64,000 nt of DNA from an uncultured Prochlorococcus sp. (GCA_902591865.1 CACJCK010000006.1:1487-65486), one strand, 5' to 3'. Shown: positions 19,595-30,593, counted from the first letter of the stretch. Notes: a model not told the origin generated them from the letters alone. A program made the numbers and translations.

Positions 19595-21300
19595 AGCAAA
19601 AAATACCTCTGAGCCATTGGGACTTCATCAAGTGGTTCACAAGTAAGAAGTTCCCCATCAGAAAAAACTTCATAAGTTTGAGGATTAACTGAAATATTTG
19701 GAAGTTTGCTATTAAGTTTTAAGTTTGATTTATTAATATTTCTGGTATTTTCTACGGCAATACATTTCTTTTGTAAGCCTAATTTATTTGGAATATTTTG
19801 ATCAATTGAATTTTTACTTAAAAAGGTAAAAGAACTCTTAATTAAAGATTGGCCGAAACTTGCAAACATAGGTCGACCATGTACAGGTCCTGGAGTAGGA
19901 ATTGAAGCATTTGCATCACCCATTTGGGCCCAAACTATAGATCCTCCTTTAACAACTAATTCAGGCTTTACAGCAAAAAAGGAAGGTTTCCACAATACCA
20001 AATCCGCAATTTTACCCTTTTCTATAGACCCAACATGTTTATCAATACCATGAGCTATTGCAGGATTAATTGTAACTTTAGAAATATATCTCTTTACTCT
20101 ATAATTATCGTTTCTATCAGAATCCTGCGATAGAGGTCCCCTTTGGACTTTCATTTTATGAGCTGTTTGAAAAGTTCTTGTAATTACTTCACCAACTCTT
20201 CCCATAGCTTGAGAATCACTAGCAATAATTGAAAAGGCACCTATATCATGCAAGATATCCTCAGCTGCAATAGTCTCTCTCCTGATCCTTGACTCAGCAA
20301 ATGCAATATCTTCTGGGATTTTAGAATCTAAATGATGACAAACCATTAACATGTCAAGATGTTCTTCTAATGTGTTCTTCGTATAGGGTCTTGTTGGATT
20401 AGTACTACTTGGAAGAACATTTTTTTCTCCACAAATTTTTATGATGTCCGGAGCATGGCCTCCACCTGCTCCTTCGGTATGAAAAGTATGAATAGTTCTT
20501 CCTGCAATAGCGTTGATGGTATCTTCAACAAAGCCTGCCTCATTCAAAGTATCAGTATGAATACATACTTGAACGTCAAACTTATCTGCAACATTAAGAC
20601 AAGAATTTATTGTAGAGGGAGTCGTTCCCCAATCCTCATGAAGTTTCAATCCGCATGCACCAGCTTCAACCTGATCAATAAGATTAATCTCGTTTGTTGA
20701 GTTTCCTTTTCCAAAAAAACCTAAATTCATAGGAAATGCTTCTGCAGATTGAAGCATTCTTGAAATATGAAAAGAACCCGGAGTACAAGTCGTGGCATTT
20801 GTGCCAGTTGCAGGTCCAGTTCCACCTCCTAACATGGTTGTAATTCCTGAGGCTAGTGCTGTCTCAATTTGTTGGGGACAGATAAAGTGAATGTGGGTAT
20901 CTATTGAGCCTGCAGTAAGAATATGGCCTTCTCCAGCTATTACTTCTGTTGATGCACCAATAACAATATTTACATTATCTTGGATGTCAGGATTACCAGC
21001 CTTACCAATTTCAAAAATCATTCCATCTTTTATACCCACATCAGCCTTAATTATTCCCCACCAATCTACGATCAAAGCATTTGTTACCACAGTATCAACA
21101 GCTCCATCAGCTCTTCTTACTTGAGACTGTCCCATCCCATCTCGAATAACTTTACCACCACCAAATTTAACTTCATCTCCGTATGTAGTTAAATCCTTTT
21201 CAACTTCTATAAAAAGTTCGGTATCAGCAAGCCTTAGTTTATCTCCGGCGGTGGGCCCGTAAGTTTGCGCATAAGTTTTTCTATCAATTTTGTAGGACAT
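19591..21300 (-). CDS. ureC: Urease subunit alpha
   Basis: [41 protein letters not shown]. Confidence 0.99.
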   Translation of the reverse strand: MSYKIDRKTYAQTYGPTAGDKLRLADTELFIEVEKDLTTYGDEVKFGGGKVIRDGMGQSQVRRADGAVDTVVTNALIVDWWGIIKADVGIKDGMIFEIGKAGNPDIQDNVNIVIGASTEVIAGEGHILTAGSIDTHIHFICPQQIETALASGITTMLGGGTGPATGTNATTCTPGSFHISRMLQSAEAFPMNLGFFGKGNSTNEINLIDQVEAGACGLKLHEDWGTTPSTINSCLNVADKFDVQVCIHTDTLNEAGFVEDTINAIAGRTIHTFHTEGAGGGHAPDIIKICGEKNVLPSSTNPTRPYTKNTLEEHLDMLMVCHHLDSKIPEDIAFAESRIRRETIAAEDILHDIGAFSIIASDSQAMGRVGEVITRTFQTAHKMKVQRGPLSQDSDRNDNYRVKRYISKVTINPAIAHGIDKHVGSIEKGKIADLVLWKPSFFAVKPELVVKGGSIVWAQMGDANASIPTPGPVHGRPMFASFGQSLIKSSFTFLSKNSIDQNIPNKLGLQKKCIAVENTRNINKSNLKLNSKLPNISVNPQTYEVFSDGELLTCEPLDEVPMAQRYFLL

Positions 21301-21304
21301 AATT

Positions 21305-21625
21305 TTAAGTATCTAAAGAACCGTTAACCAATGAATTAAAACCATTTGCAATTCTTAAACCTCCATATGGAACTAATTTGACATCAGTTGTATCTCCAGG
21401 TTCAAATCTAATTGCTGTTCCTGCAGGAATGTCAAGACGCATACCAAGTGTTAATTCTCTATCAAAAATTAAAGCCTTATTAGCTTCAAAAAAATGATAG
21501 TGAGATCCTATTTGTACAGGTCTATCTCCAGAATTAGAAACTTTTAATGTTTTAACTTCCTTACCAAGATTTAATTCGATTTCACCTTGTTCAGAAATTA
21601 TTTCGCCAGGAATTAAATTACTCAT
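21305..21625 (-). CDS. ureB: Urease subunit beta
   Basis: [32 protein letters not shown]. Confidence 0.98.
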   Translation of the reverse strand: MSNLIPGEIISEQGEIELNLGKEVKTLKVSNSGDRPVQIGSHYHFFEANKALIFDRELTLGMRLDIPAGTAIRFEPGDTTDVKLVPYGGLRIANGFNSLVNGSLDT

Positions 21626-21627
21626 AA

Positions 21628-21930
21628 TTAGTTAATCGGATTGTGGATAGTAACTAACTTTGTACCATCAGGGAAAACTGCTTCTATTTGGACTTCATCA
21701 ACCATTTCAGGAATGCCCTCCATAACTTGTGATTTTGAAAGCCAAGAAGTTCCCTCTGACATTAATTGACTCACACTTTTTCCATCTCGAGCCCCTTCAA
21801 GAACTTGAAAACTCAAAAAAGCAATTGTTTCAGGATAATTAAGCTTAAGTCCTCGACTAAGCCTTCTTTCAGCTAAGAGCGCAGCAGAAAAAATCAATAA
21901 TTTATCCTTTTCTTGAGGGGAAAGATGCAT
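21628..21930 (-). CDS. ureA: Urease subunit gamma
   Basis: [34 protein letters not shown]. Confidence 0.98.
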   Translation of the reverse strand: MHLSPQEKDKLLIFSAALLAERRLSRGLKLNYPETIAFLSFQVLEGARDGKSVSQLMSEGTSWLSKSQVMEGIPEMVDEVQIEAVFPDGTKLVTIHNPIN

Positions 21931-21980
21931 AATAAAAAATTAATCTATAAATTCCAAAAAAAGGTTCTTTCTGAACATAA

Positions 21981-22883
21981 TTAATAATTCATAGAATCTT
22001 GTAATGGCCATACACCTTGATATTTTGGCTCACAAAATCCACAAACAGACCTAATTTGTTTCCAAATACAAAAAAAACATTTTCTAGCCTCTTGAGAAGA
22101 ACTCCCTAGGAATCTAACAGAGATTCCATTTTCAAGTAATCCAATAGATAAATTATTATCAGTTTCATTGAAAATCTTTTTTATATTTTCCACAAGATTA
22201 TTTATTTTTGACTTGGAAAAATCTTTTTCGCAAATCCAAATTAAGGATCCAAAAACAGGCCTGTAATCCATACCAGACTTGGCCACATAACTTGCTCTAG
22301 ATAATTCAATTTGATCAACATATTCCCAATCATCATAGAAATCTTTATTTCTCATAATTTCTAATTTAGACCTAAAAACTCCACTCTCAATAGATTCTCC
22401 GGAAGAAGATCTTCCAAGTCTTATTAAGTCTGTATATAAAAAACTTGAAGTTTCTGAAATAGATACTTTAAATTTTTGCTCATATAAACCGTTTGCAAAG
22501 ATAATTGTTTCTTGGGGGAGATATTCCAAATGAGAATTATCACAAATCTTTATGAGATTTTTTTGCTTTGAAAAAGTTCCTTTTGGATTAATTTTAGATA
22601 TCCCAACCGATCCATATACTTTCTGAGCGGAAGAAGTAGTCAACAATACCTTAGAGTTTTTTTCAAGAATTACCTCAAACTCAAGTAAATCGCCTCCAAC
22701 CAATCCACCTGCAGTATGAAGAACAGGTAAAATGCATCTGCCCTCCTCGTCATGAGTAGACTTTAATAACTTGTAAGGAGAAGTTGATTTAGATTTAAAG
22801 ATTGTTTTATCAACATTTCCTAAACTTGCTTTATTATTGAAAAAATTTAAGAAACAATTACCTTCCCAAGAAGTTTTAATCAT
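21981..22883 (-). CDS. ureD: Urease accessory protein UreD
   Basis: [29 protein letters not shown], LGRxxxGE. Confidence 0.94.
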   Translation of the reverse strand: MIKTSWEGNCFLNFFNNKASLGNVDKTIFKSKSTSPYKLLKSTHDEEGRCILPVLHTAGGLVGGDLLEFEVILEKNSKVLLTTSSAQKVYGSVGISKINPKGTFSKQKNLIKICDNSHLEYLPQETIIFANGLYEQKFKVSISETSSFLYTDLIRLGRSSSGESIESGVFRSKLEIMRNKDFYDDWEYVDQIELSRASYVAKSGMDYRPVFGSLIWICEKDFSKSKINNLVENIKKIFNETDNNLSIGLLENGISVRFLGSSSQEARKCFFCIWKQIRSVCGFCEPKYQGVWPLQDSMNY

Positions 22884-22931
22884 AAATTGTTTTCTTTAAT
22901 TATTAAATCAAAGTAACCAAAAATTTTGATT

Positions 22932-23381
22932 ATGAGAATAAATAAACAAATAGTTGTAACTGATTGGATTAAAGAAAAACCTCGACTCGGATCATTTTTA
23001 AAACTTACCCTAAGTTCAGATGAAAGAAAAATCTTACGTGGTAAAAGATTAACTGATTGTGATCAAGAAATAATTTTACAACTACCTAGAGAGGGCAAAA
23101 TAAATGATGGAGATATTCTTGCAACTAATGAGTCCAATTTTTATGTCGAAATAATTGCTAAAACAGAAAATTTAATTGAAATAAGTTCAAATTCTAAAAT
23201 TGAACTTATTAAAACTGCTTATCATCTAGGAAATAGGCACGTGGAAGTAGAAATTCAAGAAAACATTCTTCTCACAAAAAGTGATTATGTTATTGAAAAT
23301 ATGCTTAAAAGTTTCAATGTTGATATCATGAATACCCATAAAAAGTTTTTTCCTCAAAGAGGTGCACATAAGCATGAATAA
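22932..23381 (+). CDS. ureE: Urease accessory protein UreE
   Basis: DGDIL, AYHLGNRH, C-terminal GAHKHE. Confidence 0.94.
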   Translation: MRINKQIVVTDWIKEKPRLGSFLKLTLSSDERKILRGKRLTDCDQEIILQLPREGKINDGDILATNESNFYVEIIAKTENLIEISSNSKIELIKTAYHLGNRHVEVEIQENILLTKSDYVIENMLKSFNVDIMNTHKKFFPQRGAHKHE

Positions 23382-24060
23382 AAGTCACTTATTAAAGTAT
23401 TTATTAATAAGCCCTAACTTACCAGTGGGAGGATTTTGTTATTCGGAGGGAATGGAGAGTTTTCTTCATAATAAAAATTTAAAAGACTCAAATTCGGTAA
23501 AAGAATTAATCATTAGTGAACTAAAAATTGGCCAGATTAAACTAGATGCAAGACTCTTAATAGATTTTTTTGATATTTTCAATGAGATAAACGACGGCAA
23601 GAATTTAAAAAATAATTTGCAGAAGCTATTAAGTTTGGATAAGTGGATTCTCTCATCTAAGGACTCTTTCGAAATGAGAGAACAACAATATCAAATGGCA
23701 CGATCTTTATTTGATTTAACCAAAGAATTTGGATTTGAATATCAATATGAAAATAATAAAAAAAGCTCCTGGCCATTGGCATGGAGTTGGGCTTGTTATT
23801 GTTTTGAAATTGCAAAGTTAGAAATGGTTGAAAATTTTTTCTACTCGTGGAGCGCAAACCAACTTAGTGCAGCATTAAGGATTATTCCTATTGGTTCAAC
23901 AAAAGCCCAATTAATTCAGAGAGATTTATTAGCAATAATTTCACAAGTTTCTAAAGAAATTATAGACAAAGATATTGATGACATCTATTTTGGCAATGTA
24001 GGTTTAGCTATGGCGCAACAAAATCATAATGACCTTTATACAAAACTTTTTAGAAATTAA
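23374..24060 (+). CDS. ureF: Urease accessory protein UreF
   Basis: SPNLPVGGFCYSEGME, RIIPIG, YTKLFRN terminus. Confidence 0.94.
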   Translation: MNKSHLLKYLLISPNLPVGGFCYSEGMESFLHNKNLKDSNSVKELIISELKIGQIKLDARLLIDFFDIFNEINDGKNLKNNLQKLLSLDKWILSSKDSFEMREQQYQMARSLFDLTKEFGFEYQYENNKKSSWPLAWSWACYCFEIAKLEMVENFFYSWSANQLSAALRIIPIGSTKAQLIQRDLLAIISQVSKEIIDKDIDDIYFGNVGLAMAQQNHNDLYTKLFRN

Positions 24061-24063
24061 TTT

Positions 24064-24669
24064 ATGAGCAGTAAATTGAGAGTAGGGATTGCTGGGCCTG
24101 TGGGTTCAGGGAAAACTGCATTAGTGGAGAATCTATGCTTAAGTCTGAAAAAAAACTATGAGATAGCAGTTGTTACCAATGATATCTACACAAAAGAAGA
24201 TGCTAAATTTCTTATAAATAAAAAAGTTTTAGAGGAAGGAAGAATTATTGGTGTAGAAACAGGAGGTTGTCCTCATACAGCGATAAGAGAGGATTGTTCC
24301 TTAAATAAAAATGCAGTTTTAGATTTAGAAAATAAATATAAACCCCTAGATTTTGTATTTGTAGAAAGTGGAGGTGATAATTTAGCATCTAGTTTTAGTC
24401 CAGAACTTGTAGATTTATCAATATATGTGATTGATGTATCTGCGGGAGACAAAATTCCTAGAAAAGGAGGGCCAGGGATAACAAGGTCAGATTTATTATT
24501 AATAAACAAAATTGACTTAGCAGATATGGTTGGTGCAAATTTAAATATTATGAAAAGCGATACGGAATTTATGAGAAAAGGAAAACCTTGGCTTTTTACC
24601 AACCTGAGTAGGGGCTTTGGAGTTGAAGAAATAATTCAATTTTTAGAAGATCAAATACCAAATTTTTAA
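24064..24669 (+). CDS. ureG: Urease accessory GTPase UreG
   Basis: [32 protein letters not shown]. Confidence 0.98.
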   Translation: MSSKLRVGIAGPVGSGKTALVENLCLSLKKNYEIAVVTNDIYTKEDAKFLINKKVLEEGRIIGVETGGCPHTAIREDCSLNKNAVLDLENKYKPLDFVFVESGGDNLASSFSPELVDLSIYVIDVSAGDKIPRKGGPGITRSDLLLINKIDLADMVGANLNIMKSDTEFMRKGKPWLFTNLSRGFGVEEIIQFLEDQIPNF

Positions 24670-24712
24670 ATTCACTAAAATACCCAAAGTTTTTATCTTG
24701 GATTCAACAAAA

Positions 24713-24755
24713 TGTTACTATTGCTACAAAACTAAATCTCACTCGTTAATAACTT
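24713..24755 (+). promoter_or_regulatory. NtcA-activated promoter of urtA
   Basis: TGTT-ACTATTGC-TACA (24713-24728, one mismatch to TGTA-N8-TACA); TAACTT (TAN3T) begins at 24750, 22 nt after the TAC. Confidence 0.8.
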
Positions 24756-24803
24756 TTAATTTATCCCCCTAATGAGGGTCAATTACCTAATTTAAAAGAA
24801 TTC

Positions 24804-26093
24804 ATGAGAATTTCAAGGCGTATTTTGGCTGGTTTAGCTACTGCCTCTCTAGCCGTTACTGCAACTTCATGTGGAGGAGGTTCAAGCACTTCCGGAAGTT
24901 TCGATGACACTGTGACTGTTGGTATTTTACATTCCCTTTCAGGAACAATGGCTATATCTGAATCAACTCTTGTTGATACTGAAAAAATGGCTATCGCAGA
25001 AATCAACGCTGCTGGCGGTGTAACTGTAGACGGCAAAAGCTACAAAATTGAATACATTGTGGAGGATGGAGCTTCTGATTGGCCAACATTTGCTGAGAAA
25101 TCTAAAAAGTTAATCGATCAAGATGGTGTACCCGTAGTCTTTGGTGGATGGACTTCTGCTAGTAGAAAGGCAATGCTACCTGTTTATGAATCAAAAGATG
25201 CATTCCTTTACTATCCCATTCAATATGAAGCACAGGAATGTTCAAACAACATTTTCTATACTGGTGCTTCACCAAACCAACAATCAGAACCAGCAACTGA
25301 CTTCATGTTCAAAAGGTCTCCTGCAGCTGGAAAACCATTTTTCTTAGTTGGTTCAGACTACGTTTTCCCAAGAACATCAAATACAATTACCAAAGAACAA
25401 CTTAAATCTCTTGGTGGAACAGTTGTAGGTGAAGACTATTTACCTTTAGGAAATACTGAAGTTGCTCCTATCATTTCTAAGATCAAGAAAGCCTTAGCAC
25501 CAACTGGCGGTGGAGTAATTATCAACACACTCAATGGTGACCAAAATGTTGCATTCTTTAAGCAAATTCAGGATGCGGGAATTACTCCAAGTAATGGATA
25601 TTATGTTATGAACTATTCCATTGCAGAGGAAGAAATAAGCACTATTGGACCTGAATTTTTAGAGGGCCACTATGGAGCTTGGAACTACATGATGTCTATT
25701 GATACTCCTGAATCCAAGAAATTTGCAGCTGATTTCAAAGCTCTATATGGAAGCGACAGAGTAGTTGCTGATCCCCAAGAGTCTGCATACAATATGGTTT
25801 ATTTATGGAAACAAGCCGTAGAGGATGCTGGTACATTTGAGAACAGTGCTGTAAGGAAAGCTCTTGTAGGTCAAAAATTTGACGCTCCTCAAGGACCAGT
25901 TGAAGTTATGCCTAACCATCACCTTGCTCAAACAGTAAGAATTGGTTTAATTAAGCCAGAAGGTGGATTCGAGATTCTTGAAGAAACTGATGGAGTTGTA
26001 TACCCACAAGCATGGAACCAATTTGAGCCAAGTTCAAAAGGATATGCATGTGACTGGACAGACCCATCTAAAGGAGAAAGATATAAGCTTTAA
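24804..26093 (+). CDS. urtA: Urea ABC transporter substrate-binding lipoprotein
   Basis: Lipobox-like ATSC, GILHSLSGTMAISE, EDGASDWPTFAEK, FGGWTSASRK. Confidence 0.97.
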   Translation: MRISRRILAGLATASLAVTATSCGGGSSTSGSFDDTVTVGILHSLSGTMAISESTLVDTEKMAIAEINAAGGVTVDGKSYKIEYIVEDGASDWPTFAEKSKKLIDQDGVPVVFGGWTSASRKAMLPVYESKDAFLYYPIQYEAQECSNNIFYTGASPNQQSEPATDFMFKRSPAAGKPFFLVGSDYVFPRTSNTITKEQLKSLGGTVVGEDYLPLGNTEVAPIISKIKKALAPTGGGVIINTLNGDQNVAFFKQIQDAGITPSNGYYVMNYSIAEEEISTIGPEFLEGHYGAWNYMMSIDTPESKKFAADFKALYGSDRVVADPQESAYNMVYLWKQAVEDAGTFENSAVRKALVGQKFDAPQGPVEVMPNHHLAQTVRIGLIKPEGGFEILEETDGVVYPQAWNQFEPSSKGYACDWTDPSKGERYKL

Positions 26094-26118
26094 TTTCAAT
26101 GCTTAGTCTTAAAAAATC

Positions 26119-26150
26119 AAGAGGAGGCTTTATGCCTCCTCTTCTTATAT
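26119..26150 (+). terminator. Stem-loop after urtA (terminator or mRNA stabiliser)
   Basis: AAGAGGAGGC-TTTAT-GCCTCCTCTT perfect 10-bp stem with a weak U tail. Confidence 0.75.
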
Positions 26151-26174
26151 CCACCATAATATTTTTCTTTTAAA

Positions 26175-27329
26175 TTGGAATTGTTTCTTGATAGTCTATT
26201 TAACGGTGTGGCAATTGGATCAGTTTTACTTGTAGCTGCATTAGGATTAGCTATTGTATTTGGTTTGATGGGTGTAATTAACCTTGCTCATGGTGAATTA
26301 ATGATGCTTGGAGCCTACACTACATATGTAACCCAACTAATTTTCAAAGTCCCATTATTAAAACCCTACTATAACGCATACGTTATAGTTTCAATCTTTC
26401 TAGCATTTATTGTAAGCGGAGTAGTTGGAATACTTTTAGAAAAAACAGTGATCAGAAAATTATATGGAAGTCCTCTAGAAACTTTACTAGCAACATGGGG
26501 AGTAAGCTTAATCCTTCAACAATTCGTTAGAAGTGTGCCTTTAGCCTATGGTACGGGTTTGGTTATAAGTCTAATAATTGGTTTATTTTTACCAGCAACA
26601 TTTCCTTTGAAAATAAGAGAATCAATCAATTTCAAATATTTCAAATTTAGTTCTTGGATATTTGCTGCTTTAACTGGAGTTCTAACTGGTAACTTGATTT
26701 CATCTTCGGTAAGTAAACTTAGTAGAGCAAGCGCTAGAAATGTTGATGTAACAGCTCCAGCATGGATGAGAGGTCAGGTTGAAATTCTTGGAACGGCCTT
26801 CCCAAAGACAAGATTAATGATAATTATAATTACACTTATTTCTGTAATAGCGATAACATTATTTCTTAATCAAAGTGCATGGGGAATGCGAATAAGAGCT
26901 GTAACTCAAAATAGAGAAATGAGTGATTGTCTTGGTATTTCAACAGAAAAAGTTGACGTCCTTACTTTTGGAATTGGTTCTGGGTTGGCAGGAGTAGCAG
27001 GGGTTGCAGTATCACTACTAGGATCTGTTGGACCAAATGTTGGAGGTAACTATATAGTGGGATGCTTTATGGTTGTAGTTCTTGGAGGAGTAGGAAATTT
27101 ATTAGGAACAGTATTTGCTTCCTTTGGAATAGGAATTATGACTGATTTAATTGGTGCTGGTCGACTTTTATCTATTTGGCCAAATATGCCTTTACCTCTT
27201 TCAAACACAATCAACTTTTTCGCAACGACAAGTATGGCAAGGGTAATGATATTTGCATTAATAGTTATATTTTTACAATTTAAACCTACAGGTTTATTTC
27301 CTCAAAAAGGGAGGATGGTGGAAAGTTAA
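26175..27329 (+). CDS. urtB: Urea ABC transporter permease
   Basis: GLAIVFGLMGVINLAHGE, LETLLATWG, IRAVTQNR. Confidence 0.95.
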   Translation: MELFLDSLFNGVAIGSVLLVAALGLAIVFGLMGVINLAHGELMMLGAYTTYVTQLIFKVPLLKPYYNAYVIVSIFLAFIVSGVVGILLEKTVIRKLYGSPLETLLATWGVSLILQQFVRSVPLAYGTGLVISLIIGLFLPATFPLKIRESINFKYFKFSSWIFAALTGVLTGNLISSSVSKLSRASARNVDVTAPAWMRGQVEILGTAFPKTRLMIIIITLISVIAITLFLNQSAWGMRIRAVTQNREMSDCLGISTEKVDVLTFGIGSGLAGVAGVAVSLLGSVGPNVGGNYIVGCFMVVVLGGVGNLLGTVFASFGIGIMTDLIGAGRLLSIWPNMPLPLSNTINFFATTSMARVMIFALIVIFLQFKPTGLFPQKGRMVES

Positions 27330-28459
27330 TGGAATTTAAAAATTTAAAGCTAAGCAAAAAAACAACTTTTATTGTATGGGTTTTAATTATCGCATTCGTC
27401 ATAGCAGCGCCAACAATACTTCCTGTATTCAGACTAAATCTTCTCGGTAGATATTTATCCCTAGCAATAGTTGCTCTTGGAGTAGATCTTATTTGGGGTT
27501 TTACTGGCCTACTTAGCTTAGGACAAGGTATATTTTTTGCCCTTGGTGGTTACTGTGCAGCAATGTATTTACAAATAACAAGCTCTTCTGAATTCCCAAA
27601 CAATATTCCAGAATTCTTTGGACTTTATGGAGTTGATAATTTACCTTTCTTCTGGGAGCCATTTAGATCCCCAATATTTAGTTTATTTGCAATCTGGGTT
27701 ATACCTGCATTAGTCGCAGGAATGCTTGGATTTCTTGTTTTCAGGAATAGAATCAAAGGGGTTTATTTTTCCATACTTACTCAAGCTTCTCTTCTTGTAT
27801 TCTTTAATTTCTTTAATGGGCAACAAAAACTTATTAACGGAACAAATGGATTAAAAACAGATGTAACACAATTATTTGGTCAGATGGTAGGTTCTGAGTC
27901 CATGCAAAGAATGTTTTTTTGGGTAACAGCATTTTTAGTTATTGCAGCATGGTTTTTCGCAAAGTGGGTAGTTAAAGGAAGATTTGGGAACATTCTTATA
28001 GGAATACGAGATGATGAACCAAGAGTTAGATTTACAGGATACAATCCAGTCATATTTAAGACGATAATATTTTCTATTGCGGGAGGTCTAGCTGGAATTT
28101 CTGGAGCTTTGTATACTGTTCAGTCTGGGATAGTATCTCCTCAATTTATGACTGTTCCCTTTTCTATCGAAATGGTTATATGGGTTGCAGTTGGAGGGAG
28201 AGGAACCTTATTGGGAGCGATATTGGGAGCAGTTTTTATTAACTATGCAAAAAGTCTTGTGAGTGAAGCTTTACCTGCTAGCTGGATGTTTATTCAAGGA
28301 GGGTTATTTATCTTAGTTGTAACCGCTCTGCCAGAAGGAGTTTTAGGATGGATTCAAGGAGATGGTCCTAGGAATCTTCTTCAAAGATTTGGTCTAAAAA
28401 GGAAGATTGAAACTTATCCAAGCCTAGAAATTAATACTAGGGATGGGAATAATGAATAA
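27329..28459 (+). CDS. urtC: Urea ABC transporter permease
   Basis: DLIWGFTGLLSLGQG, IRDDEPRVRFTGY, SIEMVIWVAVGGRG. Confidence 0.95.
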   Translation: MEFKNLKLSKKTTFIVWVLIIAFVIAAPTILPVFRLNLLGRYLSLAIVALGVDLIWGFTGLLSLGQGIFFALGGYCAAMYLQITSSSEFPNNIPEFFGLYGVDNLPFFWEPFRSPIFSLFAIWVIPALVAGMLGFLVFRNRIKGVYFSILTQASLLVFFNFFNGQQKLINGTNGLKTDVTQLFGQMVGSESMQRMFFWVTAFLVIAAWFFAKWVVKGRFGNILIGIRDDEPRVRFTGYNPVIFKTIIFSIAGGLAGISGALYTVQSGIVSPQFMTVPFSIEMVIWVAVGGRGTLLGAILGAVFINYAKSLVSEALPASWMFIQGGLFILVVTALPEGVLGWIQGDGPRNLLQRFGLKRKIETYPSLEINTRDGNNE

Positions 28460-29201
28460 TAGAGATCTACTTAATTTAATTGATATTACTGTGAGTTTTG
28501 AAGGTTTTTTAGCTCTTAACAAACTTAATTTAAATTTAAAAAAAGGAGAATTAAGAGCTGTAATAGGACCCAATGGAGCCGGCAAGACAACATTCCTTGA
28601 TGTAATAACTGGAAAGGTTAAGCCTACAAAAGGCGAAGTAATTTTTAAAGGAAAATCATTAGTAGGAAGAAAGGAGCATAAAATAGCCAGACTTGGAGTA
28701 GGAAGAAAATTTCAAAGTCCAAGAATCTTTGAAAATCTAACAGTTAAAGAAAATCTCGAGATATCAGTAACAACTCCTAAAAGTCCCTTAAACCTCATTA
28801 ATAAAAATATTAAAGAGGGGCAACTTAATGAGATTGAACGTCTTATGAAAATTGTTAATCTATCTCAAAAAGTTGATTCAAAAGCAGGTTCTTTGTCTCA
28901 TGGACAAAAACAATGGCTCGAGATAGCCATGTTAGTAGGACAGAAACCAGACTTAATGCTTGTTGATGAACCGGTTGCCGGCTTAACTGATGAAGAGACT
29001 GATCTTACCGCTGATTTATTAAAATCTTTAGCTGGAGAAAATACTGTAGTTGTAATAGATCACGATATGGAATTTATAAGAAGACTTGATAGTAACGTTT
29101 CAGTATTAAATCAGGGCACAGTATTATGTGAGGGAACAATGGAAACCATACAAAAAAACAAAAAAGTTATTGATGTTTATTTAGGAAGGCCTGAGGATTA
29201 A
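28452..29201 (+). CDS. urtD: Urea ABC transporter ATP-binding protein
   Basis: GPNGAGKTT, GRKFQ, LSHGQKQWLEI. Confidence 0.95.
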   Translation: MNNRDLLNLIDITVSFEGFLALNKLNLNLKKGELRAVIGPNGAGKTTFLDVITGKVKPTKGEVIFKGKSLVGRKEHKIARLGVGRKFQSPRIFENLTVKENLEISVTTPKSPLNLINKNIKEGQLNEIERLMKIVNLSQKVDSKAGSLSHGQKQWLEIAMLVGQKPDLMLVDEPVAGLTDEETDLTADLLKSLAGENTVVVIDHDMEFIRRLDSNVSVLNQGTVLCEGTMETIQKNKKVIDVYLGRPED

Positions 29202-29203
29202 TT

Positions 29204-29914
29204 ATGGAAAATTTACTCGAAATTAAATCGTTAAATACTTATTATGGCGAGAGTCATATTCTCAGAGATGTAGATTTAAATGTTAAATCAGGAGAAATGG
29301 TTTGTTTAATTGGGAGAAATGGAGTTGGCAAAACAACTTTATTGAAATCACTTATTGGTTTGTTAAAACAAAAAAAAGGCGATATTTATTTTATTGGCGA
29401 AAACATCAATAGAAAAGCACCTCATCAGAGGGCTAGAAAAGGAATGGCTTACGTTCCTCAAGGGAGAGAAATCATTCCATATCTATCAGTTGAAGAGAAT
29501 CTTATGTTAGGAATGGAGTCTCTACCTGGCGGATTATCTAAGAACAAGAAAATAGATACATTTATTTATGATCTTTTCCCAATCCTAAAAGATTTTCTGC
29601 AAAGGAAAGGAGGAGATCTTAGTGGAGGACAACAACAGCAACTTGCTATAGCAAGAGCATTACTGGGCAAACCTCAACTTCTATTACTTGACGAACCAAC
29701 AGAAGGTATTCAGCCAAATATAGTATTAGACATTGAAAATGCAATCAATCAGATAATTAGAAATACAGGAATCGGGGTTTTATTGGTTGAACAACACTTG
29801 CATTTTGTAAGACAAGCCAATAGATATTATGCGATGCAACGTGGAGGTATTGTTGCTAGCGGAAATACTAGTGAGTTGAGTCAAGCAGTTATAGATAAGT
29901 TCTTAAGTGTTTAA
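29204..29914 (+). CDS. urtE: Urea ABC transporter ATP-binding protein
   Basis: GRNGVGKTT, LSGGQQQQLAIARAL, DEPTEGIQP. Confidence 0.95.
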   Translation: MENLLEIKSLNTYYGESHILRDVDLNVKSGEMVCLIGRNGVGKTTLLKSLIGLLKQKKGDIYFIGENINRKAPHQRARKGMAYVPQGREIIPYLSVEENLMLGMESLPGGLSKNKKIDTFIYDLFPILKDFLQRKGGDLSGGQQQQLAIARALLGKPQLLLLDEPTEGIQPNIVLDIENAINQIIRNTGIGVLLVEQHLHFVRQANRYYAMQRGGIVASGNTSELSQAVIDKFLSV

Positions 29915-29946
29915 ATAAATAATTATAGATTACTAAATACTTATAT

Positions 29947-30126
29947 TCATTTTTCGCATCTTATTAGGTCTATACTATTAGGATGCTCATTTATATACTT
30001 ATTAAATTCCATCGCTAATGTTCTAGCCTCGTAAGCGTCAAAAGCGTAAAAACAATTTTCTAATCGTATATTTTGAAAATCACGGTAATGGACTGTATAT
30101 GGCTTTAAAATATTTTTTTTGTTCAT
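29947..30126 (-). CDS. Small hypothetical protein (59 aa)
   Basis: MNKKNILKPYTVHYRDFQNIRLENCFYAFDAYEARTLAMEFNKYINEHPNSIDLIRCEK*; protein-like composition; just under ORF-track cutoff. Confidence 0.75.
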   Translation of the reverse strand: MNKKNILKPYTVHYRDFQNIRLENCFYAFDAYEARTLAMEFNKYINEHPNSIDLIRCEK

Positions 30127-30268
30127 TTTAATTTGCTAAAAAGCAATTGTTTTATATCTCAACCATGCATATGTTCATCAATTTAAAGTACATCTTTTGT
30201 TGTTATCAAAATATATTTACTTGAATTATGTATTTAAAAATACTTTATAAAGATAAAAGGTAATTATT

Positions 30269-30373
30269 CTATTTTTTTTTGGTATCTTGCTTTTTCCCTT
30301 CTATTAAAAAAACAAATTTTGATAAAATGTAACCAAAAACAGGAACCCAAATTTTTTCATAGAGAAATTTCAT
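30269..30373 (-). CDS. Putative 34-aa membrane-associated peptide
   Basis: MKFLYEKIWVPVFGYILSKFVFLIEGKKQDTKKK*; starts 6 nt after the upstream stop. Confidence 0.45.
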   Translation of the reverse strand: MKFLYEKIWVPVFGYILSKFVFLIEGKKQDTKKK

Positions 30374-30379
30374 AAATTA

Positions 30380-30553
30380 TCAAGCCGCTAAAGATTCGTT
30401 ATCTTCAATTTCAGTTTTAATTATAAGCTTCAAATCAATAGAATTAAATAAATGTTGAATAAGAAGAAAATCTAGTTCCCCTTTCAATAAATTAACATCG
30501 GATGAAAGTAGATCATCGATAAAATAATCAAAAGTTTCTGAAAGAGGACTCAC
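30380..30553 (-). CDS. Small acidic hypothetical protein (57 aa) ending in -LAA
   Basis: GTG start; MSPLSETFDYFIDDLLSSDVNLLKGELDFLLIQHLFNSIDLKLIIKTEIEDNESLAA*. Confidence 0.6.
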   Translation of the reverse strand: MSPLSETFDYFIDDLLSSDVNLLKGELDFLLIQHLFNSIDLKLIIKTEIEDNESLAA

Positions 30554-30570
30554 AATTAATAATAAATTTT

Positions 30571-30593
30571 TGTCATTATCATCTCATTATCAA
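30571..30593 (-). promoter_or_regulatory. Possible Fur-type site (tandem GATAATGA)
   Basis: Minus strand TTGATAATGAGATGATAATGACA: two GATAATGA copies 11 bp apart, about 18 bp upstream of the GTG at 30553. Confidence 0.45.

Noticed and set aside
21962-21977. Possible NtcA site before ureA (GGTTCTTTCTGAACA)
   Set aside because: GTT...AAC spacing is 7 rather than 8, and the 8-spacer register has too many mismatches to call from sequence alone.
5816-25347. Short track ORFs overlapping rlmB, the ABC exporter, uppP, the kinase, gpgS, ureC, ureF, ureG and urtA (for example 5816, 6264, 11356, 12989, 14926, 18813, 20455, 20891, 20980, 23657, 24273, 24779, 25141)
   Set aside because: Nested in or almost fully overlapping well-supported genes on another frame or strand, with no recognisable motifs.
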